Assembly: GCA_026986575.1 (NCBI GenBank)
Contig: JALSOH010000004.1
Location: 96,001 to 160,000 of the forward strand
Reading direction: 5' to 3'
DNA: 64,000 bases
Source: Thermoproteota archaeon
GTDB taxonomy: Archaea; Korarchaeota; Korarchaeia; Korarchaeales; Korarchaeaceae
Program-made: the position numbers and the translations under genes
The notes under the pieces: generated by a model
Told to the model about the DNA's origin: nothing
The model's input: only the letters and a program-made list of their open reading frames with translations
The model's database searches: none
Shown: piece after piece, positions 1 to 7,172 of the stretch
Layout: every line of letters starts with the position of its first letter
Position numbering within the stretch: the first letter of the stretch is position 1

Positions 1-810
1 GACGTAGCTGTGTCCTAAGAATCCCAAATGATACTTGTTCGAATAGTCTGACACTATGCTAGTTGTTACCTCCCCGCCTATCCTCCCGTGCATCCCTATG
101 TAGCTCCCAGCAACCCTAGAGCCAGTGACTATGACCGTATGCGGACCTATATAGAGAGGACCTTTGAGGTAAGCGTACGGCTCAATTTGAACGCCCTCAC
201 CGATGACTACAGGCCCCTCCCTAGCGTCTATCGTTACAGGCCCCATCAGATCTAGTTCTTCGGGTAGGTTGACGGGATAATTCCCTAGTACTCTGATTTC
301 CCCGAACTCCCTGCTAGCGGGTGGTTTAAAGAACTCCATCAAGTCCTTGGACAGGTGAGTGATTACCGACGTCGGGGAGACATCCCAAGGCGAGGTGAGC
401 AGGTGAGCATCGCACGGCCTCACTTTGAATGTACCCGCGTCCCCTTTGAAGATCATGAGACTGTCATCATAATCGAGTGAGTTGACCCTAGCGGCGACCA
501 CCTGCCCCTTGCTTACCAAGGCCTCACCGGGTTCCAGACCCCTGACCTTAGAAAGGACCTCAGGCGATATTAGACGAGAATTTAGAAGTAAAGCAGGATC
601 TCCGAAATCGGGTTTTCTATCCTTGGGGACCTTCTCCTCATAGCCATTCCTCACGAGCCATCTCGTTCGAGTACCCAGCCACTTATCCATCCTCTCGAAC
701 TGCTTAACTCCACCAACTACGACCTCCTGCATCAGTGTGAGGTCGGTCAAGGGGGAGATGTCACCGACCCGCGTGTCTTCGAACAGCACAACTTGGATCA
801 TAGGCACCAT
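1..810 (-). CDS. GlmU-related putative sugar nucleotidyltransferase/hexapeptide-repeat acyltransferase (3' end runs off window)
   Basis: Manual translation of minus strand: MVPMIQVVLFEDTRVGDISPLT...GPVTIDAREGPVVIGEGVQIEPYAYLKGPLYIG...GGEVTTSIVSDYSNKYHLGFLGHSYV; left-handed beta-helix repeats. Confidence 0.75.
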   Translation of the reverse strand, partial: MVPMIQVVLFEDTRVGDISPLTDLTLMQEVVVGGVKQFERMDKWLGTRTRWLVRNGYEEKVPKDRKPDFGDPALLLNSRLISPEVLSKVRGLEPGEALVSKGQVVAARVNSLDYDDSLMIFKGDAGTFKVRPCDAHLLTSPWDVSPTSVITHLSKDLMEFFKPPASREFGEIRVLGNYPVNLPEELDLMGPVTIDAREGPVVIGEGVQIEPYAYLKGPLYIGPHTVIVTGSRVAGSYIGMHGRIGGEVTTSIVSDYSNKYHLGFLGHSYV

Positions 811-872
811 GCTACACCTGATGGAGTTTTTTAAGTCGGATGCCATTCCACCTCTCGTAAGGGTGAAAAACT

Positions 873-2114
873 TTGTCCCTAACCTACGAGCGATACGAGT
901 TCAAGAAGCTGATAAAAGAGCTGAAGGGTAAGAGGGGTAGAGGTACTGAGCTTATTTCCCTATATATCCCACCTGGAAGAAATGTTTATGATGTTATAAA
1001 GTACCTGAGGGACGAGTACGATCAAGCTAGCAATATCAAGGACAAGCTAACCAGGAAAAATGTCCAGAGCGCCATAGAGAGCATAATACAGAGGCTTAAA
1101 CTGTACCGGAAGGTACCTGAGCACGGACTGGTCGTCTTCTGTGGGGCGATACCTCAGGGCAAGGATAGAGGGACTGAGAAGATCGAGATCTACGTGATAG
1201 AACCACCAGAACCCGTCAGATCCTTCCAGTACGTATGTGACCATGAGTTCTACGTGGAACCCCTAGAGGAGATGGCCAAGGAGAAGAAGGCCTACGGCCT
1301 CATAGTTATGGACAGGGGCGGTGGCGTCATAGCCGTGCTCAGGGGCCCCAACTATAAGATAGTGGACTGGGTCACCTCAGACATACCTCCAAAGCATAGT
1401 GCTGGAGGACAGTCCCAGAGGAGGTTCGAGAGGATAAGAGAGGAGAGAGTGCACGACTTCTTCAAGAGGCTGGGGAAGAGGGCGAACGAGGCTCTCCTGC
1501 CTTTAGAGGGTGAGCTAGAGGGGATAATAATTGGAGGACCTGGAGATGCTAGAGAGAAGTTCGAGGAGGGTAACTTCTTGGATTACAGATTGCAGAAGAA
1601 GATAATCGCTAATATACCCCTATCCTACACCGAGGAGCAGGGAGTCAGGGAGTTGGTGATGAAGGCAGAAGATCTCCTTAAGGAATCCTCTCTCTACAAA
1701 GAGAAGGCTCTGGTGGAGGAGGTCTTCCGGCTCTTGGCCAAGGAGCCGGGTAAAGTAGCTTACGGGATAAGCGAGGTCGAGAAGGCTCTGAAAGCCGGAG
1801 CTGCCGAGAAGGTCTTGGTGCTGGAAGACATACCAGTGAAGAAGGTGAGGATCAGGTGCCCTCAGTGCGGCTATGAGGAGCAGAGAATCATCAGAAAGGA
1901 CAGGGAGGCTTCTCTATCTGGCTGGCAGTGCCCGAATTGCGGAGGAACGGTATACGAGGTGGAGGAGGTGGACATAATAGAGCACTTGGGAGAGATGGGA
2001 AAGCAGAGCGGAGCTGAGATCTACGTGATATCTTCGGGTACCGAATGGGGTATGCAGCTCAAAGCTCTAGGCGGCGTGGCGGCTGTTCTCCGATATGAAC
2101 TAAGGGAATACTGA
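873..2114 (+). CDS. prf1: Peptide chain release factor aRF1
   Basis: GTELISLYIP, NIKD (NIKS-like), YxCD, HSAGGQSQRRF motifs; C-terminal CxxC..CxxC ribbon. Confidence 0.97.
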   Translation: MSLTYERYEFKKLIKELKGKRGRGTELISLYIPPGRNVYDVIKYLRDEYDQASNIKDKLTRKNVQSAIESIIQRLKLYRKVPEHGLVVFCGAIPQGKDRGTEKIEIYVIEPPEPVRSFQYVCDHEFYVEPLEEMAKEKKAYGLIVMDRGGGVIAVLRGPNYKIVDWVTSDIPPKHSAGGQSQRRFERIREERVHDFFKRLGKRANEALLPLEGELEGIIIGGPGDAREKFEEGNFLDYRLQKKIIANIPLSYTEEQGVRELVMKAEDLLKESSLYKEKALVEEVFRLLAKEPGKVAYGISEVEKALKAGAAEKVLVLEDIPVKKVRIRCPQCGYEEQRIIRKDREASLSGWQCPNCGGTVYEVEEVDIIEHLGEMGKQSGAEIYVISSGTEWGMQLKALGGVAAVLRYELREY

Positions 2115-2160
2115 TCCTTTGACTGTAAAATTTTATTTAGGGGAGTGGGTAGTTGGCATT

Positions 2161-2234
2161 GGGCCGGTGGCGCAGGTTGGTAGCGCGCCGCCTTCGCAAG
2201 GCGGAGGTCGGGGGTTCAAGTCCCCCCCGGTCCA
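2161..2234 (+). tRNA. tRNA-Ala(CGC)
   Basis: Cloverleaf, anticodon arm ccgcc-tt-CGC-aa-ggcgg, G3-U70. Confidence 0.95.
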
Positions 2235-2236
2235 CT

Positions 2237-2311
2237 GGGCCCGTGGCTCAGACTGGTCAGAGCGCCCGGCTGATAACCGGGAGGTCGGGGGTTCAAGTCC
2301 CCCCGGGCCCA
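2237..2311 (+). tRNA. tRNA-Ile(GAU)
   Basis: Cloverleaf, cccgg-ct-GAT-aa-ccggg. Confidence 0.95.
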
Positions 2312-2325
2312 TTCGGGTGGTCGAT

Positions 2326-2724
2326 TTGAGGTACATCGTCTTGGACACTTCCTTCCTAATGGCCTTGGCGGAGCTCAGGTTCCTGAATCTGAGTGATCTG
2401 AGGAAGTTCTACCCCAATGCAAAACTAATTACCACAAAATCCGTGGTTAAGGAGCTGGAAAGTTTTCTTAAGGGGAAGAGGAGGATCGCTGCGAGTGTCG
2501 CCCTGCAGGTAATAGAGAAGCATGGCATCTCGGTAAGTGAGAGATACTGCAAGGAGGCCGATGACGATATAATGGCGTTGGCTAAGGAGCTAGGAGCCAT
2601 TGTGGCCACTTTCGATCTGGAATTGAAGGAGAGGCTGTTGACGGAGGGTGTTCCCGTTATATACCTCAGGGCGGGGAAGAAATTAGTGCTCGATGATCCG
2701 TTAAGGTTAAGTAAGGAAAGCTGA
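2326..2724 (+). CDS. PIN-domain nuclease, Fcf1/Utp24-like
   Basis: IVLDTSFLM, V..ELE, ADDDI, VATFD..LK motifs; true start lies downstream of the tRNAs; usual neighbour of rpoE'. Confidence 0.85.
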   Translation: MRYIVLDTSFLMALAELRFLNLSDLRKFYPNAKLITTKSVVKELESFLKGKRRIAASVALQVIEKHGISVSERYCKEADDDIMALAKELGAIVATFDLELKERLLTEGVPVIYLRAGKKLVLDDPLRLSKES

Positions 2725-2762
2725 TCTCTGGAGTGGTAAGACCTCTCAGGGCTAGCGGGGGA

Positions 2763-3335
2763 ATGGAAGAATTGTTTTATATAACAGAGATGAGTGATGT
2801 TGGTTTCATTAAGCCTGCTGATATAACTGGGGATATTAAATCCATACTGAGGGAGCAGTTCGGCTCTAAGTACATAGGACGCTATCTCAGGGATGTGGGC
2901 CTAGTTCTGGATGTGCTTGAGGTCACGGAACTAAGCCACGGTAAGTCCATCATAGGTAGCCCCAACATATACGTCAGGGCGAAGTTCAAGGTCCTAACCT
3001 ACCTACCGCTTAAGGACGAGATAGTCGAGGGAGAGGTGGAGAACATCGTGGACTACGGGATGTTTGTCTCCATAGGTCCGATAAGCGGGTTCGTTCACAT
3101 CTCCCAGCTGGGCGATGACGTCTTCATACACAGGGCGGGGGTGCTGCAGAGCAAGAAGGCGAAGATCACCTTTAGGAAGGGGGATAGGGTCAGAGCTAGG
3201 ATAACCACGGTTAGTAAACCCAGTCCCGCGGCTCTCCTCAGAGGAGAGCCAATAGTCAGGGTCTCCTTGACGATGAGACAGCCGAAGCTCGGAAAGATAG
3301 AGGAGAAGGGGAAGGAAAAAGAGAGTCATGAGTAG
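2763..3335 (+). CDS. rpoE1: RNA polymerase subunit E' (Rpo7)
   Basis: EIVEGEV..YGMFVSIGPISGFVHISQL S1 domain; SLTMRQPKLGK. Confidence 0.93.
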   Translation: MEELFYITEMSDVGFIKPADITGDIKSILREQFGSKYIGRYLRDVGLVLDVLEVTELSHGKSIIGSPNIYVRAKFKVLTYLPLKDEIVEGEVENIVDYGMFVSIGPISGFVHISQLGDDVFIHRAGVLQSKKAKITFRKGDRVRARITTVSKPSPAALLRGEPIVRVSLTMRQPKLGKIEEKGKEKESHE

Positions 3336-3343
3336 GTGATCTT

Positions 3344-3532
3344 ATGGCTAAATGGAAGGCCTGCAGGAATTGTAAGGCTCTCACCACCGAGAACAAATGT
3401 CCTGTATGCGGATCAGATGACCTAACCTATAACTGGGAGGGCATAGTTGCCATCACAGACCCTCTACGCTCCCAGCTCGCCAAGATGCTAGGTCACGAGA
3501 AGGTGGGTATGTACGCCTTGAGGGTGTGGTGA
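3344..3532 (+). CDS. spt4: Transcription elongation factor Spt4 (RpoE'')
   Basis: KACRNC..CPVCGS..WEG..YALRV. Confidence 0.95.
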   Translation: MAKWKACRNCKALTTENKCPVCGSDDLTYNWEGIVAITDPLRSQLAKMLGHEKVGMYALRVW

Positions 3533-3579
3533 GGTAGAGGTTATATATTGGAGAAGTAAACGCAAGAAGGGAGGCGAAA

Positions 3580-3876
3580 ATGGAGTTGGAGATCGTCAGG
3601 CGCAGGGAAAACCCGCTGCTGCAGAGGGAAGAGATCATCGCTAGGGTGCGGTTTGAGGGAGGCACTCCATCTAGGAAAGAGATAAGAGAGGCCCTAGCCA
3701 GAGAGCTCGGGAAACCGATTGGAAACCTCTTTATCAGGAGGATCATCACAGAGTATGGGAAGGAAGAGGCCGAGGTCGTGGCAATGGCCTATAGCAGCAG
3801 GGCTTTTGCCCTACTTATAGAGCCAGACCACATAATAAAGAGGAATGAGGGAGAGGAGGAGGGAGTATCCTCATGA
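3580..3876 (+). CDS. rps24e: 30S ribosomal protein S24e
   Basis: [17 protein letters not shown]. Confidence 0.93.
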   Translation: MELEIVRRRENPLLQREEIIARVRFEGGTPSRKEIREALARELGKPIGNLFIRRIITEYGKEEAEVVAMAYSSRAFALLIEPDHIIKRNEGEEEGVSS

Positions 3877-4040
3877 AGCACAAGCCAGTTCAAGTGTGGA
3901 AGTACTACTCCATTGAGGGGGACAAGCTAGTCAGAAAAAAGAGAATGTGCCCGAGATGCGGCTCCTTCATGGCCGAGCACAGGGACAGGTACACCTGCGG
4001 TAAGTGCGGCTATACCGAGTTCAAGAAGAAGGAGGGTTGA
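3873..4040 (+). CDS. rps27ae: 30S ribosomal protein S27ae
   Basis: Not in ORF track; [12 protein letters not shown]...[25 protein letters not shown]; ATGA overlap with rps24e. Confidence 0.95.
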   Translation: MKHKPVQVWKYYSIEGDKLVRKKRMCPRCGSFMAEHRDRYTCGKCGYTEFKKKEG

Positions 4041-4090
4041 TCCCTCCGCTCCTACAGCGATTTTATATCGGACTCAGGGTATTAATCTCC

Positions 4091-4165
4091 GGGCCCGTAG
4101 CTCAGCATGGATAGAGCGCCGGCCTCCGGAGCCGGAGGTCGGGGGTTCGAGTCCCCCCGGGCCCG
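4091..4165 (+). tRNA. tRNA-Arg(CCG)
   Basis: Cloverleaf, ccggc-ct-CCG-ga-gccgg. Confidence 0.95.
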
Positions 4166-4289
4166 CTATTCGCTAGACGTCCTGGGAATGTGCTGAATTT
4201 TTGATATGGTTTATCGTCATTGCAGAAACGACTATTGACATCAATATTGTAGCCAGCATTTGGCATAACTAAATGCCTGTTAGTATCTG

Positions 4290-5468
4290 ATGATAATTAA
4301 TGTTATAAATGAGATGATACCGCACTCAATTATTATGAATGGAATGTCGACGAGAAGTCGTCCTTTTAATAATTCTATTAATGAAACCATCGAGTTTTTG
4401 ACTTATCATTACCATAATTTCGTCATAGAGGACTTGTTATTTCGAACTCTTAGAGATTTTATTAAGAATCTAGTAGAGGAGCTTCAGAGAGAGTATTTCC
4501 CTTGCTGTGAGGAAACTATCAATGCCTTTGCCTGTAAGAGAGAAGTAAAGGAGTATCTCGATGTATTGTCGAAGACGCTTTACGCCACGAGCAATGAACC
4601 TGTCCGCCTCGGGGCTTTTAGAGTATTACTTCTTGAATCATATAAGCGTTTACTTGGTGATCTAGTTTTTAAGCCAAGCGGGGTTGTTGATCTTGCCCTA
4701 CACGGCATTCTAAAGGAAGAATCAGTAATATTAACCAGTAGAAATCGTGCTATGTTGAAGTCATATCACTTCGGTATAGATTATATGCTCTTAGTTGAAT
4801 ACCCTATTCCAAATAGGAAGCATAAGGTTTTCGTTCCCCTGTTCGTCATAGCGAAGTCAAGCTTTGAAACCATTAAGGAGATAGATATTATAGAGGCTAT
4901 AAGAGCCAAAATAGAAGAGCCACTAGAACGAAAGGATGGGCCTGACAATGTCACAGTGGCTTTGAGGAGTATCCCCAAGTTTACCAGAATAGTGTTAACT
5001 AGAGTAGCCACGTACAACGAAAAGATAATTGAAAAGCCCTGTGTTAATAGGGAGTATCAGAGCATACCTGTATACGGCGATCTAGCATGCGGCATTATTA
5101 GCTTAGTCTTAAAAGATTTACCGGATATGTATAAAATGGTCATTAGTAATGAGGAACTAGTCGGTATTACAATAAATGATTGGATCGTAGCACTGCTAAG
5201 TCTTGCTATACCTTTATTACAGGTAACCGTCGCGTCGGCAAATAGACCTCCTGATCCACCGGGGGGCGCGACTGTGGATGCCGTAGTTAGGAAGATACAT
5301 CAAGAGACCCTTGAGAAGATAGGAAAGGAGATTCAGCAACAACTATTTGTTATGAGGAATCACACTCTACAAGATATAAGAAGAAGTGTAGAGAAGAAGT
5401 TGAACAGTATAATAGACCACTATAGGAACTACGGGAGCACTAGCACAATGGTAGAGATGAGCACTTAA
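4290..5468 (+). CDS. Hypothetical protein in AT-rich insert (start uncertain)
   Basis: 392-codon open frame with AT-rich codon usage unlike neighbours. Confidence 0.65.
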   Translation: MIINVINEMIPHSIIMNGMSTRSRPFNNSINETIEFLTYHYHNFVIEDLLFRTLRDFIKNLVEELQREYFPCCEETINAFACKREVKEYLDVLSKTLYATSNEPVRLGAFRVLLLESYKRLLGDLVFKPSGVVDLALHGILKEESVILTSRNRAMLKSYHFGIDYMLLVEYPIPNRKHKVFVPLFVIAKSSFETIKEIDIIEAIRAKIEEPLERKDGPDNVTVALRSIPKFTRIVLTRVATYNEKIIEKPCVNREYQSIPVYGDLACGIISLVLKDLPDMYKMVISNEELVGITINDWIVALLSLAIPLLQVTVASANRPPDPPGGATVDAVVRKIHQETLEKIGKEIQQQLFVMRNHTLQDIRRSVEKKLNSIIDHYRNYGSTSTMVEMST

Positions 5469-5577
5469 GTAACCACCGCCGCCCTTTTATAGGACACTAC
5501 TTTTAAGAACTAACCCACCAGAGGCAGAGGCTTAAGTTGAAGTTCTCTCGGGTTATTGATGAAGGAGGTGTTTCGGT

Positions 5578-5772
5578 TTGAAGGATGAAAAAGTTTGCGC
5601 AATAGAAGGTTGTAACGAACCGGCCTCGAAGGAGGTGGATAGGTCGTTTCTCCCCTTCATACAGGAGTTGAAGTTGAAGCTGAAGGAGGACACCGGGAAA
5701 AAGATACCCCTATGCAGGAAACACTACAAGATGGTGAAGCAGGTCAGGGGCGCTCAGCTCTCAGGCTTCTAG
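5578..5772 (+). CDS. Small putative zinc-binding protein
   Basis: CAIEGC...LCRKHY; ggaggtg SD upstream. Confidence 0.7.
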   Translation: MKDEKVCAIEGCNEPASKEVDRSFLPFIQELKLKLKEDTGKKIPLCRKHYKMVKQVRGAQLSGF

Positions 5773-6370
5773 GTCTGAGCTCGATAACAATCAGCTCATG
5801 AAATGCTAGCTTCCTCCTACCTAGTATGTGGGAATCGAATCCCCTCTTTCTTCCCCATTCTAGAGTCAGACGTGGCTCGTTGTAGTCCGCGTGCAGTATT
5901 GCTGCCCTTCCACCCTCTTTAATAACACGAGGAAGATCTGAGAGGAAGCGATCGATGAGTTCCCTACCCATCAAACCTCCGACCCAAGATATGGAGAGCT
6001 TGACATTGCTCGGGGGTTCCGGGAGATATGGTGGGTTGAACGTTATGATGTCGAAGGAAGAATCCCTGAAATGATTCATCAGGTCACCTTGGGCGACATG
6101 GAGGTCTACACCATTTAGCTCGGCGTTTCTACGGGCTAATTCCACTGACTCTGAGGTTAGGTCCGTTGCGAAGGTCTCGCACCCCTTCCTAGCCATGAAT
6201 ATGGCCACTATACCCGTGCCTGTTCCCACATCCAGGCATTTTAATCCTCTAAGATCTCCCCACAGGTCTACGGAGTCGAGCATGAGCAGTGAGTCCTCTG
6301 CAGGCGTATAGACCTCCCTGTGAGTCTCAATCTCGAGATCCCTCACTCTGATCTTAGCTCTCTCAGCCAA
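5744..6370 (-). CDS. HemK/Mtq2-like glutamine methyltransferase (release factor N5-Gln MTase)
   Basis: VYTPAEDS, LDVGTGTG, FNPPY, WVGG..GR. Confidence 0.9.
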   Translation of the reverse strand: MAERAKIRVRDLEIETHREVYTPAEDSLLMLDSVDLWGDLRGLKCLDVGTGTGIVAIFMARKGCETFATDLTSESVELARRNAELNGVDLHVAQGDLMNHFRDSSFDIITFNPPYLPEPPSNVKLSISWVGGLMGRELIDRFLSDLPRVIKEGGRAAILHADYNEPRLTLEWGRKRGFDSHILGRRKLAFHELIVIELRPRSLRAERP

Positions 6371-7095
6371 AGTATCACCTCCAGCACCTCCTCTGGAGAT
6401 AGGTGGTACGGTCTCCTATCCACATAGGGAGCTGATTCCACCTTTTCACCCACCAAGGGCCTCAGGACATTCCTGAGGGTTCTCTTCCTCCTAGAGAATA
6501 TCGTCTTGGAGTACTCGAGAATAGCTTCTCTCACCTCAGGTTCAACATCCCTAGGCTCTATCACTACTATAGCCGATTCGACCTTAGGTGGGGGTTTGAA
6601 GGCCTTCTTCCCCACTACAGCCACGATCTTCACGCTGAAAAGGAGAGAGGATATCACCGTCAGGCTTCCATATTCTGGAGTCCCGGGGGAGGCGACCATC
6701 CTCTCGGCGAATTCCCTCTGGAAGGTCATCACCGCCCTCTCGAAATCGCTCCTCGTGAGACCAATTAGGATGGTTGAGGATAGGTAATAAGGTGGGTTGG
6801 CGGCTACCTTCTCATAACCCCTGATGGGTAGCACCTCTCTGATGTCCTTTTCAACTATTTCCACCCGGGGATCGGATGATAACCTAGACTTGAGATGCCA
6901 TATCATGCTGGGATCCTTCTCCACCAATATAAGCCTCTTGGGACCTCTCTTCAGTATCTCCTCACTCAAATTTCCAGTTCCAGCCCCCAGCTCGACCACA
7001 GAATCGGTGGATCTTATTGAAAGTAGATCCGCCATGACACCGAGCCACTTCCTCGATATCATTATGTGCTGGCCCAAGCTCTTTTTAAGCCTCAG
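6343..7095 (-). CDS. rsmA: 16S rRNA adenine dimethyltransferase RsmA/KsgA
   Basis: KKSLGQH, ELGAGTG, ANPPY, FKPPPKVES; start probably CTG at 7095. Confidence 0.93.
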   Translation of the reverse strand: MRLKKSLGQHIMISRKWLGVMADLLSIRSTDSVVELGAGTGNLSEEILKRGPKRLILVEKDPSMIWHLKSRLSSDPRVEIVEKDIREVLPIRGYEKVAANPPYYLSSTILIGLTRSDFERAVMTFQREFAERMVASPGTPEYGSLTVISSLLFSVKIVAVVGKKAFKPPPKVESAIVVIEPRDVEPEVREAILEYSKTIFSRRKRTLRNVLRPLVGEKVESAPYVDRRPYHLSPEEVLEVILWLRELRSE

Positions 7096-7172
7096 GAGAG
7101 ATCACCGTCCTTTGAGAATGGGGTTAACAAGCTTATATATGGTTGCATAGGTTAGCTAACGGGTGAGGAAGC

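Noticed and set aside
1030-1045. aRF1 NIKD instead of NIKS as a sign of stop-codon reassignment
   Set aside because: The fourth position varies among archaea, and TAA, TAG and TGA all terminate conserved genes in this window.
2119-2325. N-terminal extension of the PIN ORF
   Set aside because: Overlaps two tRNAs; the true start is about 2317-2326.
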